Below are positions 47,992 to 62,218 of a stretch of 64,000 nucleotides of DNA, in pieces; position 1 is the first letter of the stretch; every line of letters starts with the position of its first letter. The notes beneath the pieces were generated by a model. The model had not been told where the DNA came from. It worked only from the letters and a program-made list of their open reading frames with translations, and did no database searches. Location: the NCBI RefSeq assembly GCF_009914755.1, contig NC_060948.1; one strand, written 5' to 3'. This DNA comes from the human T2T-CHM13v2.0 reference genome, Homo sapiens. The position numbers and the translations under genes are program-made.

Positions 47992-50200
47992 CTGGCCTCC
48001 TCTCTGTTCACTCTCTAATGGCCTCCCTCCCTGGAGAAGTACTGCAGGGGATTGAGCTACAGGTTCTGGCTGATGATCTGGGGGCCTGCAGAAGTGGGTA
48101 CAGGTTAGTTCAGGTCATGGCTCAAAGCCAGTTCCCCAGAGGCCAAGGAATGACCAGCAAGATCCTTTCCCATGATGCCCTACCTGGCGCTCACCTCAGC
48201 AATCCTGCCAGAACCTGGGCAGTCATGGTCAGCCAACCAGCTGAAGAAGGTCAGGTAGGAGCTGTACGGCCTGCAGCTGGAGGCTTGACCTTCATGATCC
48301 CACAACCACTAGACTGCAGTGGAATGAGACATCCCGTATCCTGCAGAGAGAGGAGTCAGGAAGGTTCATGCCAGACCTACCCTCCCACACACCAGCTCCC
48401 CTACCATGCTGGGAGGCGCTCCTTACCGAGGATGCCAAGGCAGTACTCCTGAATGATCACTTCATTGTGGAAGTAGAGACTGTGATAAAAGGAAAACTTC
48501 ATCCTGCTGCCGGTACCCGGAAGAGTTGCTTTCCTCCCCTTACCTGGCCAAGAAGGAGAAAGAGGACGTACTCAAAGGAGCATTTCATGTAGCTGGGGTG
48601 AGGTGACCTGTTAGCTGGGGTGAAGCATGTGTTTCTCCTTCCCAACTCTCTCATTGAGACACCCCCGGGTCCCAGGGGTACCTCAACCTGACCCAGACAC
48701 CAGACCCCTCCCGAAGACTCAGGCTCCTTAGCCTGACCTGCAAATCCATCACGTACGTAGCTTAGCAGGACTTCATCATCATTTGTGATCCCGGCCAACA
48801 TCTCGGTGTGCCGCACAATCTGCCTCTGGTCAAGGAGCCGCCAGATGATTGGGTGGGCGTGCAAGGAAACACCCTGCAACTTTGCAAGAGCACGGAGAGT
48901 GTGGGGCAGGGCACCTTCCCTTCCAGGTCCTCTGTCTCTGTCTGGCGTGGAGGGCACCATCAGAGCTGTGGTGGTCTTGGTGGTGGGTGGAGGCAGGCCC
49001 AGACAACCTGCTCTGACCAGGGACTGGCACTGAAGAAGTGGGCAGGGGGTTGGGGGCGGGGTGTTGTTGTGTGAGGCGACTACTTGCTCGGCGTTTCTGA
49101 GCTGCAGGAGGCCCTCCTGTGCTGGGTGCTGGACAGGCTCTGCTGCTGTCTGGGTGTGCGGTCTCTCCTTCTCCTGGTCTCCCTGAGGGGTGCACGTGTC
49201 CACCCCAGGCAACCGCTGTGGGTAGAAGTAGCTACGGGGCTGTGCCTGGCTCTCCCCGTGGAGCTCGAGTGGTTTCAAGGGAGCTTATATATACTCAGGG
49301 CCTAAACATCTTTGGGTGCAGCGCTGGCAGAGGGAAGAAATTGTGTCTGGGGAGATAGTGCCTGCCTTGCATAGGACAGCAGCCCCGTGCACAGTGACAC
49401 CGAGTCTTGAGCACCTTGTGTTTCTGGGGTAAGCTTGCTGGACACAGGCAAGGGGAGCAGGGAAGTTCCGTGGCTGGCATGGGCATGCAGACTCCCCTTC
49501 CTCCAGGGACTTTCCCGGTGAATCGTATCCTTCAACTTTCTGCTGTTATGATGGGTCCTTGGCGCTGCTATTCTCCCTGGTGAGTGCTGTGCTTGGCTTC
49601 CTGTCCCTACCACATGCCCTCAGGGCACATGCAATTAAGCTGCCCTCCTATCTGCATGAGCCTGTTCTCAGTTCCCCTTGTTGTCCCCCATGCCCTGAAT
49701 CCTGGCTGACCGCCAGTGCCTACCACCTTGTTTCCCCCCACCTCCGCTCCCGGGAGCTCCGCGCCCATCCCCTGCTGCCAACCATCCCGAATTGGCAGCT
49801 GCAAGGATATGGCTCTGGCCCAGAAGCCGGGGATGCCCTGTGGCCTGGGACATTCACGTAGCCGAGCTCCAAGTGAAGGACGTCCAGCGAGTCTGTTGCT
49901 GGCCGGGGCGTACTGGGGCCAGGGCCAGGCTGTGCCTGCAGGTCCTCCTGCTGTGGCTCCACATTGGCCTTCCTCCTTGGCCACCACCTCCATCTCTGCA
50001 ATGATGTCATCCCCCACTAGCATGCCTCTCCCCGCAGGGTTGTCTTCCTGCTCTGTGCACAGACCATCCTCTCCTGCACAGCCTCCAGCCTTAACATGGT
50101 GCCCTCCTTGAGGCTCCAACAGAGCAAAGCCTGTGCCTCCCACCCCACCCCCCCGGCACCCGTCAACTCTGGGGGCAACTCCAGGAGAGGCCTGCGGGCC
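47992..50200 (-). pseudogene. TSPY-family unprocessed pseudogene (NAP/SET domain)
   Basis: Exon 1 ~50200-49811 (DDIIAEMEVVAKEEG, PGPGPSTP, GIPGFWARA; internal deletion; donor AT). Exon 2 at 48738-48819 (IVRHTEMLAGITNDDEVLLSY; 4-nt duplication). Exon 3 at 48427-48543 (LYFHNEVIIQEY). Exon 4 at 48195-48340, 146 nt (SHSTAV*W...FFSWLADHDCPGSGRIAE). Exon 5 at 47992-48077 (IISQNL*LNPLQY). Last exon not identified. Confidence 0.93.
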
Positions 50201-50849
50201 TTGCCCTGCTGAGAACCACATCCTACACCTATGTGGAACAGGGTTCCTGGGGGGCCCCACAGGGCCCTTAGCCTGTCACACTCACACTGGGGCTCAGCTA
50301 CCCAGCAGGGTTAGCTGCGCACGGCAGCCCTGGAGTCGGATGCCAAGGCCCTGGCTTCCAGAGCCCCGCTAGCAGGCACACGGCCACCACTGCACTTGTG
50401 AGAGCCTCTGCACCAGCAAAGCAGTGCACACGGATCACTGCATTGGCGACCATGGCGGTAGGCCTCCCGTGTGCCCAGGGCACAGGATGAGAAGTCCTTT
50501 GGAATGCCCCTGTGAGTACAGCATCCTCAGGGAGGAACCATGGAACTCGGAGTATGTATTTGCCTAGACCTGACAGAATCCTTGCAGGGTTTCAGCTTCT
50601 GGTGCAGATGAATTCCACCTCAGCAACGTACCAGTCGACTTTAGTCCCACGCACCCGCCCTGCCCCAATCCCCCCAAGCCACCGCTGCTGCCCTCGCCCC
50701 TGCAGCAGCGCTGGTCCCTCTCTCTCCCCTCTGGATCTGCAATATTCGGTACCATCAGCCTAGCCTGCCTAATGAAGTGAGATGTTTCATGTGTTCCCTG
50801 TGGGTTAGTTAATGTCTTGCCACACTCAGGATGCCAGTTAGGGTGTAGG

Positions 50850-51216
50850 TCTTCCATGCCCACAATTGCAAAGGGCTCACAGTTCGCGTGTGCCTTAATC
50901 CACCGCGGCCCGCCACGCGGCACAAGCGTGGTCTCGGAAGAGTTACCGCGAGATGATGGAGCCGCAGGCCTGCTGGGGCGGAGCGGCCTCAGGACACGCC
51001 CACAGCCTTTGCAGTAACTGGCTGACGCCCACCGCCTTCGCAATGATTGGCCGCTGGAGGTAGGCGGGATTTCCGGGCACGGCTTCCGGCGTCCTTCCCT
51101 CTCAGGGTAGCTCCAGCTGTCCCTCCCGCAGTTGGCCCTGTGGTGTTCCGAAGCCGGTTACGTACGGCCTGAGGGCCAGGCGAACCTCAGGCTCTTTGTC
51201 CTACTAAAAAGCGCAG
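50850..51216. promoter_or_regulatory. CpG-island promoter of RBMY1
   Basis: High CpG density; GC box ggggcggagc 50975-50984; inverted CCAAT 51046-51050; ETS-like ttccgg sites; taactg (MYB-like) 51015-51020. Confidence 0.7.
51075..51216 (+). other. RBMY1: RBMY1 non-coding exon 1 (start approximate)
   Basis: Ends ...ctactaaaaagcgcag|gtatt and joins to cacaATG of exon 2, as recalled for RBMY1 mRNA. Confidence 0.8.
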
Positions 51217-52451
51217 GTATTTTCTGTTTCTCTGGACAGCTGGGTCTCTCGGCAAGAATAGAAAGCGAAGGTTTGGGATTTTGTCTATAAAAGGGGATGG
51301 GTTTTCTATGTGTGGGTGTTGAATTACGGGAGGAGTCAGTGGGGAAAGAACTCCTCAGTGCTATTAAGAGACTCACTTTCGTTAAACTCATTGATTTTTC
51401 CTGAGGATTCTACCTTTAACTGCCTAATGTGTCCGACTAGTTGTGGGAGATGGTGCTAAGCCGCCATTGGTTTTCATGTGCACTTTTTATTAAAGCGGGT
51501 TTTCTCTGTGAATGTGGTGATAATTCAGAATACAGGCAATACACTTAACCACTGCGATTAAAAAGTCACACTTTTAGTTAGCACGTGTCGCGTGTCTGAT
51601 TTGCTTGGAAGAATTATCAAATTTTGACATAAATTGTGTTACTTTAGTGTATGTAGAAATATGGGGCCACAAATAATCTGAGTTTCAGTTTGCCTCTGTA
51701 AAGCCTGTGATTGTCTCCTTCGTTGTATGACAGTATTTGAAACGTTTCATGTGTCTTTGGCACCGTAAATAGTTTAAACCGAATAAGTGGGTGTAATCGA
51801 GACAAATGGAGTTAGATAGCCGAAAACTGGAACAAAATAGATGCGCTTAAGTTATTCTGTTAACCTGGCACACTGCCTTACTCCTGTAGTCCTAGCATTT
51901 TGGGAAGTGGAGGTCGGAGGATGGCTTGAAGTCAGGAGTTTGAGACCAGCCTGGGTAACGTACTGGACTCTTTCATTGCTATTTTCGCATCAGGGACTGG
52001 TTTAGTGGAAGTCAGTTTTTCCTCAGACAAAGGTTGCGCAGGGGAAGAAGGCGGCGAGGTGGACAGGTTTGGGAGTGGGGGCTGGCGGCAGGCCTCCGAG
52101 GGGCACGTGGTGGGGCGGGTCTTCCGGTAGGAGCAATGTGACAGAGGCCAGGTGGGGCAGTGAGGCTGTCACGGGGACAGGGAGGGCCAGCGAGGGAGTA
52201 GGGAGGATGGTTTCCGGATAAAACTGTACCACCTCAGGTCATCCTCAGGCGTTACATTCTCCACAGACAGGTATTGCAGGTCATCCTCCGGCATCACATT
52301 CAGGCCACAGATAGGTACGGGTTGAAGGCTAGGGTTTGGGGATCTTTGACCTATTGTATATTTCAAATCACTAAAAGATGGTAAAATATTTAAAATATTC
52401 TCCTCCTAGAACATTTTAAGTAGCTTGATTTAATCTCTTATCCAAATATCA

Positions 52452-52735
52452 TGCTGAGTGTGGTGAGTCACCCTTGAAATCCCATCACTTTGGTAGTCCC
52501 AAGCCGGCAGAACACTTGAGCCGAAGATTTGGAGACTAGCTTGGGCACTATGGGGAAACCCTTGTCTATTTTTAAAAATACAAAAAATTGCCCAGCTGTG
52601 GTAGAAAGCGCCTGTAGTACTAGCTACTTGGGAAGCTGAGATGTAGGAAGATCAGTTGAGGCTGGGTGGAAGAGCCTGCAGTGAGCAGTTCACTTTGGCG
52701 ACAGGAGACAGACATCTCAAGAAAGAAAATATGCA
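52452..52735 (+). mobile_element. AluJ in intron 1, shared with copies A and B
   Basis: Counterparts at ~25100-25284 and ~35985-36245. Confidence 0.8.
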
Positions 52736-53060
52736 AAACATCACACCGTACCTCATAAATAGATTCTTTTCAAATAAAATTATTTAAATGGGGACATTCT
52801 TCATATTGCAACTGAGGAAAATTACAATAGCTTTTCTTATCTAATTTTTAGAAATGAGATTTTTGTCAGGTACATACTAAAATGCAGCATTTGTCCATGA
52901 AGTTAGTGCCCCTTTGCTCTGAGTGTTACAAATTTTACATATATAAAGTAAGAAATACTAAAAAGATGTCAGCCTCAGGAAGGGAATTTTACTTGGGTTT
53001 TCAGCACAGTATGTAATAAAATTTTATCTTTTTAGCTTATTTATATCTAAATATAGATAA

Positions 53061-53198
<138 letters not shown>

Positions 53199-53203
53199 TA
53201 AAA

Positions 53204-53206
<3 letters not shown>

Positions 53207-53241
<35 letters not shown>
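53207..53241. repeat. (TG)n microsatellite
   Basis: Direct inspection. Confidence 0.97.
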
Positions 53242-53243
<2 letters not shown>

Positions 53244-53596
53244 TTTCACATGTATATTTCAATAGGTATGTTTAAAATATGTATGTTATATATATATGTT
53301 TTGAAAAAATATATTTTTTCAAAGTTCATTGTATACCTACATTAAAATGCCTTATGCATTTTAAACTCTTATTTTGTAGTATCTGTTTGATATTTGGAAA
53401 ATTCTCATAGTAGTAGGTTAAGGTTCTATGGAAAGGATAACCTACTACTTAGAAAGGAAAATGAGGGAAAGTAAATGTGCTGTGGAGTTCCGAAACAAAC
53501 TGGAATAAACTAGACTGACTGTAGGGGTGATTGAGTATCGAGAACCATAATAGTGATGTGAAATGCAATTATTTTTTAGCTTGATGTAACCTTTAG

Positions 53597-53776
<180 letters not shown>

Positions 53777-54605
53777 TAATATTCTAACTCTGTTCTTCAA
53801 TTAACAATATTTCTAGGTCTTTTTAATATTGCTAAACTTTTGAAGATAGTAGAATGACATATGAAGCCATCCTCTTTTTTGTGCCATATATGTGCAAGTG
53901 TAGTTGGAAGGGTATTGGAATTAACATTATATAAATTAATATTTGGTAACCTTTTTCTATGTTTGTATTTCGATATGAGTGCACATAGATTTTAAAAGGT
54001 TTTGAAGAGCTTTAAAACTTATAAGGAACCCTCATGTAAATGAAAGTAATAAGTCAATATTTATTAAATGCTATTAATTGAAGTACATCCAATTCATGGA
54101 AATACTTTTAGAGCGTAGACAAACTGGATAGACATCTAGACAGATGCACAAGAAGGAAAGACTCTTTCCTTCTTGAAGAATATATTTTATGAAAATATAT
54201 TCTTGCGAAAGTGTATTTAAATAAGACCTTTACATTTACGGAAAGGTTAAGTAGTTGAAAATAGAAAATAATATGAGAACATTGAAGTCAGATAACAGAA
54301 GAAGTAACTGGCATTCTTGGCTCCATGCTTGCTTTTTCTCCTAAGGACATTTCTTTCCTGTCACCAGAGTGATTTATGTAACATGAATAGCTAATTACTC
54401 ATTTCCCCAGTGTGTTTGAGGACTTGTTTTGATTGAACCAATGGTCTCTTGTCCTGTTGAGTCTTAAATCTAGAGATTGTGTGTTTACTTAAGCTTTAAA
54501 CTTCTGTGTAATGATATTAATTATTGAATTCCTTTACATTGTAGTCAAGAGCATTCCATTCTGTGCTCTTTAGTGTTTTTTGCTTTATAACATTATCCCA
54601 ATCAT

Positions 54606-54927
54606 GCCGGGCATGGTGGCTCATGCGTGTAATCCCAGCGCTTTGGGTGGCCAAGGCGGGCAGATCACAAGGTCAGGAGAAAGAAACCATAATGGCCAAC
54701 ATGGTGAAACCCTGTCGCTACTAAAATACAAAAAAAAAAATTAGCTGCATCTGGTTGTGTGTGCCTGTAGTTCCAGCTAGTCAGTAGGCTGAGGCAGGGG
54801 AATCGGTTAAACCCAAGGAGGCAGAGGTTGCAGTGAGCCGAGATCACGCCGATGCACTCCAGCCTGGCAACAGAGCAAGAATCCGTCTCAAAAAAACAAA
54901 AAATAAATAAAATAAATAAATAAATAA
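54606..54927 (+). mobile_element. AluS
   Basis: Alu consensus; TSD-like taacattatcccaatc/taacgttatcccaatc. Confidence 0.92.
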
Positions 54928-55396
54928 CGTTATCCCAATCTGTTTTTAGGTCCTGTTAGTCTTCACGCTATTCCCAAAGTGCTTTTTTAGACTTCTTGAG
55001 AATTATCCTTCCCTGTGTATGCCTCATAAATAAAATTTATGCTTCAAAAACCACTTAGATTTCATAATTTTCTTCCTCATTGCGTATTGTAGGTATTTTC
55101 TACTTGCTGTACTATGTATTAATCTATTGATCGTGAAATTGTATATAGTGCATATTTAAGTCTTGCTAGTTGCTTTTCTTTCTGTTACATCTAGCACACT
55201 TCCTGTCACATAGCAGAAAGTACATTTTTATTCACCCTTATAAATTAGTATTTCAAGCTGTGGTAGAAACCGAGAGTTGCTTTTGGTTCATGGCTTTGTG
55301 GTAGGTATGGAGATAATTTTGACTTCTGTATAGGAATCTATGATAATTTCTTTTTTCCCTCTAGTTTTCAAGCAAAAGGGCAGATAATTTGTGTAA

Positions 55397-55700
<304 letters not shown>

Positions 55701-56781
55701 AACGTTATTTCTAAATTACTTCATCTCACGTATTTTATTGTGTTAAAATAACTATGAATGTTGTATGCACATTAATGTTAAGATGGCCAATAAAGGAGGT
55801 TCTTTGAGTTTTCAGGGGGAATTAACAGTTAAGGAATTTTGGCTGACTTCAGAACACTGGGAAGGAAGCAGCCGTGGGCAAATCTGGGGAAAATATTTTG
55901 AGCCCAGAAATAACAAAAGAAGTTTCAAGGTAGGAACAACGGGCGATGTGGCTGCAAGCGGTCTTGTTCAGGGATTTAAGTCCTTCCTCCAAATAACAAA
56001 AGCCATGTAATTTTTAAATCGCGTTATTAGCTGAACTGTTTTCAAAAATTGCTGTGGCCTGTAGAAAAGATTACAGTGAAAAATGTTATTATGAAATTAA
56101 TTAGGATAGTTAAGCATTTCTGAGAAATTACCTGAAGTACTATATTAAGATTCGTTTTTTAGGGGCACGTCTAAGGCAATGTAAGAAATGAGTAAGGCAA
56201 GAAAACTTAATGAGATCAAACAAGGATCACATTTACAGAAACATTTTTAGAGTCAATATAGAATTGTAAATCATATGGGGACATTTTATGGAAGTGTTAG
56301 CAAATCCAACAAGAAACAACTCATAATGAGTAATGTGCCTAATCACTCTGAAAAAGTAAGCTCATTTTTTTTTTAAATGACACGAGTTTCATTGGGACAC
56401 TGCAACTTTCAAATCAGTGATGTGACTACAAAGATGAAGTGGATTATATATTGTAAAAAACAGATGTGCCACATTCTTCCACAGAATGTGTGATGGGTCA
56501 AACTTTTTTTTTATGTTTGAGTTTTTTTTTTTTTTAATGATGGAGAAGTTTTCAAGGAATTTGAATAATAGAATTTGTGTTTGATCCCTTAATGGAAGGC
56601 ATGTGCTCAGTAACTATCTCAAATTTGGCATTGCGAAAGATGTGTTCATTTTAGAAGAAAAAAAAAGTTTCCTTTTGGGAGAAAATACCTCAAATTGAAC
56701 TACAGTTGATGTAAAAATGTTTGTAAAATGTGCTTACGTTAAATGTGCCAGTGTTATTGATAGTACCCTTAATACTTCTAG

Positions 56782-56959
56782 TCTTTGCATGGAAAAGCAA
56801 TAAAAGTAGAACAAGCCAAGAAACCATCTTTTCAAAGTGGTGGTAGGCGGAGACCACCAGCTTCTTCGAGAAACAGAAGCCCTTCAGGAAGTCTGAGATC
56901 TGCAAGAGGAAGCAGTGGAGGAACAAGAGGGTGGCTTCCCTCACATGAAGGGCACCTGG
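56782..56959 (+). CDS. RBMY1: RBMY1 exon 4
   Basis: ctag|[60 protein letters not shown]|gtaat. Confidence 0.97.
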
Positions 56960-57716
56960 GTAATGTTTTAAAATATAAAGATGGAACCATAGGACTGAAA
57001 GAAAATAAGTTTGACGATATTGAAATTTCTTAATTTTTTTCTTTCCTGTATGAAGAGAAAATTAGCTTATTGATAATAAGCAAACTTATTTCTAAGTACT
57101 ATAAAGGTGTATTATAAGAATGATTGAACTAATATCTAAAATTTGTTTAACAATTATAATAAGTTTGCACTGAAGTAACACACATTTGAAACTGAGTTGT
57201 GTTTGTGAATGCTGATTGCCTGTACTCAACCGGTTTTCTGCAGAACTCATTTATATTCATTATACTTTAGAGTTTTCTACTTTAGGGCCCAGAACTTCGT
57301 GTCAGTTGTATTATCAAAGTACGATGTAATATTTAAAATTTTCCAACAGGAAGAAGTAACTGAATACTGAAGATTGATTTTGCAGTATTTGTTTTCTTGT
57401 GTCTACATGTGGAAACATCTATGCAAATGTATTGCTTTGTAATTTTGATACAGAGAGTTTGTACATTGGCCTGCCGTAAAGCATTTTCAATTTAAGAAAT
57501 GTAGAACTTTAATTTCTGAAAAGAGTCTGTGACTCTGGAAAGATCTAAAAACCACTGCTTCACAGATATGTATGAATCTTTCTTTGCTGGAGGCTGAGTC
57601 ACTGAAAATGATATTTATGAGTGATTTACTTAATAGAAATGAGGGGTCCATCTTTACATATAAAAGAAAAACAAACCATATATTTAAAAAAAAGGAAAAA
57701 GAAAAAACTATTGGAT

Positions 57717-58018
57717 GGGCTGTGCGAGGTGGCTCACGCCTGTCACCTCAGCACCTGGGGAGTACAGGGCAGGTGGACCACGAGGTCAGGAGTTCCAGAC
57801 CAGCCTGGCCAACATGGTGAAACCCTGTCTCTCCTAAAGATACAAAAAAATTTGCCTGGGCCTGGTGGCGTGCACCTGTAATCCCAGCTACTCAGGAGGC
57901 TGAGGCAGGAGAATCACAGGAACCTGGGAGGCAAAAGCTGCAGTGAGCCAAGGTTATGCCATGGCACTCCAGCCTGCGTGATAGGGCAAGAGTGCATCTG
58001 AATAAATAAATAAATAAA
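57717..58018 (+). mobile_element. AluS (Sg/Sx-like)
   Basis: Alu consensus, (AAAT)n tail. Confidence 0.92.
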
Positions 58019-58874
58019 CCTGTTGGTTAACTTGTATTATCTATTAACCAACCTTCAAAACTCTAACAATTAGCTTGGAGTTTTAATAACCAGACATGTA
58101 ATTAATTGGAGATTGTTTTCAAGTTGAAATTGCAGTGTTTGCTCCATTTTAAGATGCGTAGCTTCACGGCTGTTTTGCCTCCACTGATCTTGAGGGTGAG
58201 CTTCAATTATACTCTGCCACGGACGAGAATGTATACATAAATTCTAACCTGTAACACCACCTGGCAATTGGCATATATCTACGTTTTTGTAGATGTATAA
58301 AAATATGTTTATATTACCGAATATGCAATTCTTAAAGACTGTTAAAATTCAGCATAGTCTCATCTGAAAATTAGTGTCTCATAAGGGAATTTTAAGAATT
58401 CTATATTGTGTTAACAAATTTTAGAGACAATGTATTTTCCTGATATGTGATTTCTTGGTATTGGAAATATTTGAGTTTCTTTGAATGGAAATTAGTTTAT
58501 CTTTATGATGTGCTTTGAAAATTTTTCCTCATTACAGAATGATATAAACAGTCATTTATCATTTTTCTTTTAATATTTTTATGTATATTATATTTGGATA
58601 TTTTAGTGATAGATTTCTGCCCCCGTTCACTCCCCATTTTCCCACATCTCTCCTTCATACCGATATATTATGATACTTGAGTTTCTTTCTAGATTTTCTA
58701 AATGAACTTTTAATGCTTGAAGTGTACTAATACCTTGTAGGAATGCTAATTTTATTAGTTTAGACAAAATGTGAATTTGTTATAAAATGTAGAAAATATT
58801 TGTAAACAACTAAAACTTAGCCATTTAAGAAACAGTGACGTCAGTTAACTAAAAAGATTTTGTTTGAAATACAG

Positions 58875-59027
58875 ATGATGGTGGATACACTCCTGATCTC
58901 AAGATGAGTTATTCTAGGGGACTCATTCCAGTTAAAAGAGGTCCATCTTCAAGAAGTGGAGGTCCTCCTCCGAAAAAATCTGCTCCTTCTGCTGTGGCAA
59001 GAAGCAATAGTTGGATGGGAAGCCAAG
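58875..59027 (+). CDS. RBMY1: RBMY1 exon 5
   Basis: acag|[52 protein letters not shown]|gtaaa. Confidence 0.97.
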
Positions 59028-61037
59028 GTAAATGCTGCCTGACAGAAAGACCGTAGTTTTTGTATGACTAAAAATGAGCCGTTTTACCTGAATGCTTAGC
59101 TTTAAGTTCATTGAACAAAAGAGAAGTGACACATACGTGAGCATAATTACTGATTGATAGCTTTTATTATAGTTTCTATCTCACTAGGTACATTTCAGAT
59201 TTATGTTGAAGAAATACTTGAGCTTCTCATTGCAGATCAAAGAAGTGATTAGAGTGAGGCCAACGTTCCTTTTAATCCTGTGTTGGCTAGAAAATTCCCC
59301 TTAATTTTTCTAAAAGTTCCTAGCAGTATTCTTTGATGGTAGGCTTCTTGATCTAATTAATTCTTCCATTTCCTAAGTCCCCTGGTGTCCCATTCTAAAA
59401 ATTGCTTGTTCGGTGACTTTGCTGGGTTGGAGTCTTGCTCTTACTAGGTGAGAGTGCACTATGTGAGATGACGGCTTACTGTAGCCTCAAATTTGTGAGA
59501 TGACGGCTTACTATAGCCTCAAATTCCTGGGCTCAAGCAATTCTGCTGTTTCAGCCTCCCGAGTTTGTGCAACTACAGGCATGCAGCAGCACACCTAGCT
59601 ACATTTTTTTCCCTATGTTTTTGTAGAGAGAGGATCTGACTACATTGTCAAAACTGATGTTAAAGCCCGGGGCTCAAGCGGTCCAGCTGCCTCAGCCTTC
59701 CACACTCACTCACAGTGTGAGCCGCTAAGCCTGGCCATCCAGCTTCTGAGACCTCAGTAATGCGTATGTGCAAGGCATACTCACTGCGTGCATGAAGATT
59801 CAAAAGAACTACAAGAGCATTTAGCAGACAAGGAGTCATTGGGCTTAAATATGATTTAAAAATAAATTTAAGGCTCGAGAGGTAGACACGTAGGAGTCCA
59901 AAATTCTTAAATTAAGTGGATATCACAGAAATGCAGAGTTGTGAAATATAGGTGTATGTAAATCAGTAATTGAGATTGTACCGGGATGTTTAAACATTAA
60001 CACAAGATCCTTAGTGTAAGATTTGAAATTATTTGAGGAGAGAATTTAGAACTAAGCAACATGAGGTGAGCGGTAGGGTTGAATGCAAGTAATACTTTTG
60101 AGAAGAATTGTAAGACTGCAGACTGAACAGAAGAAAATAAGACAATAAATAAAAGTTCTTAGCAAGGAAGTTTAAGCAGAGCAAATTAAAATTCTTTCTT
60201 AGTCCTCCATCCGCATATGGAGGAAGTTAAAAACTGCCATTTTCAATTTTACATTTCATACGTAGAGTATCGGTGAAGGGAGGTATTTATTGGCTTCAGG
60301 ATACCCAAGCCAACACATTTCCATTGGAAAATTAGCCAGTGAAGGTATCATATGTGAAACACTGACCTCTAAGGAATAGCAAGTGAAGAATATATTAGAG
60401 GAGAAACTTTCTATTTTGAAACAGCAACAATGTTGTAATGACCCCTTGCATAGCATTGCTTTCTTTGCAGTAAAAGCAAATCTTGACCATCATTAGAAAA
60501 TCTTCACTAATACATTTTAATTTGTCAACATTTAAGATAGAGCCAACCAGCTAAAGAACTTTTATGTAAACATTTAGCATATAGTCATTTAAAGGTAGCT
60601 GTATTTATGTGTGTGTGAGATGGACTGAATGATATTGGAAAATCTACCTTCTTTGGCTGAGAAAGGACAATGTATGTAAACTTTAAAATCAGTGAAGAGT
60701 TTGATGGTTTTACGTGTTTTCCCTGTGTCACTCACAGTCATCAGTAATTTATATGGAAAGGAAAATAATAACTAAGTAGTTATTAACCATTACAAATGAA
60801 CTTTTACCTAAGCATTAATGTTTGCCTTCAGCTTCATTAGAAGAACTGGCCTTGTGGGAGCCATGGGATTATCCAAAGCCATGAGAAATATTCACAGTGT
60901 CATGTCTGTCTAGTAATTTAGGAAACAAAGAATGGAGTCATAGAAGAAATAATTTTAAAAAGTTGTTTGAGAGAAGAGAAAATAGCGTTTCAGATTTGGT
61001 GTTCTTTACATAATGTTCCATCATTTGAATGTTAAAG

Positions 61038-61152
61038 GTCCCATGTCACAAAGAAGAGAGAATTATGGAGTTCCTCCACGCAGAGCGACAATATCTTCCT
61101 GGAGAAATGATCGCATGTCAACAAGACATGATGGTTATGCAACTAACGATGG
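61038..61152 (+). CDS. RBMY1: RBMY1 exon 6
   Basis: aaag|[40 protein letters not shown]|gtaaag. Confidence 0.96.
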
Positions 61153-61184
61153 GTAAAGGAAAAATTAAAAAGCACAGTTGATTT

Positions 61185-62010
61185 TTTTTTCCTGTGGTGA
61201 TGAAATTCACATAACAAAATTAAATATTATAAGGTGAACAGTTAAGTGGTGTTTGATACATTCTGTGCCATGCAACAACTACCTCCATCGAGTTCCAGAA
61301 CATTTTCATCACTCCAAATTAAAACTCCTACTACCAGTTAAGCAGTCCCTCCCGTTTTCTCCTTTTCCTCAGCTGCTAGATAACACCAGTCAGTGTTCTG
61401 CCTCTGAACTTACCTGTTGTGGGTATTTAACGTTAATGTGCTCAAACACTACATGACTTTTTGTATTTGTCTCCTCTCCTTTTGCATGATGTCCTGAAGG
61501 TTCATTTACATCATAGCACTTCACTCCTTCCACAAGCTATTAACCCATTATTTTATCTGCATTGTTTCCACCCGAGTATTTCTACGCACCAATATTCGTT
61601 TGAGTATGCTTATTCGGTTCTGGGTGTATATGAGTGGAATTGCATGGTCCTATGATAATGATGTTTGTTTTCTTGAGGAACCACCACATTTCTCCATAGT
61701 AGCTGCATCATTTCCCGTTCCAACCTAGCATTGTATCAGCATTCCAATTTATCTACATCCTCTCAAACACTTGTTATTTCCTGCTGTTTGAAATTTATTG
61801 CCATTCAAATGTGTGTTTGAAATATGATATCCCATTTTGGACTTGAAATGCATTTTCTGCACCCATTAACTCATCATGCACATGTATCCTAGAACTTAAA
61901 GTATAATGAAACAAAAAGAAATGCATTTTCTGAATCGCTGAATATGAGTATCAGTCCCGTGTGCTTTTTGGGCATTTGCCGATTTTATTTGGAGAAATAT
62001 CTGTTTAGAT
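61185..62010 (-). mobile_element. Old L1M(B)-type 3' fragment in intron 6
   Basis: tgaaattcacataacaaaa...ttccagaacattttcatcactcc...tgagtggaattgc...gaggaaccacca. Confidence 0.75.
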
Positions 62011-62107
62011 GTTTGGCCTTTTAATTTTGTTTAAGTTGTAAGTTAGTCATGTATTGGATACTAGAAGTTGAAAATTTAAAATTTGTTGCTTAAACTTATG
62101 CACACAG

Positions 62108-62218
62108 AAATCATCCAAGTTGCCAAGAAACGAGGGATTATGCTCCACCATCTAGAGGCTATGCATACCGTGATAATGGTCATTCTAATCGGGATGAACA
62201 TTCCTCTAGAGGATATAG
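62108..62218 (+). CDS. RBMY1: RBMY1 exon 7 (SRGY box 1)
   Basis: 111 nt, AG/GT intact; [37 protein letters not shown]. Confidence 0.96.

Noticed and set aside
48499-49278. 259-aa ORF and neighbouring 150-217-aa ORFs in the GC-rich zone
   Set aside because: They run through TSPY pseudogene introns; only short stretches are TSPY-like, and long ORFs are expected at this GC content
59462-59525. 32-bp tandem duplication inside the intron-5 AluJ
   Set aside because: Real but trivial slippage duplication with no functional indication
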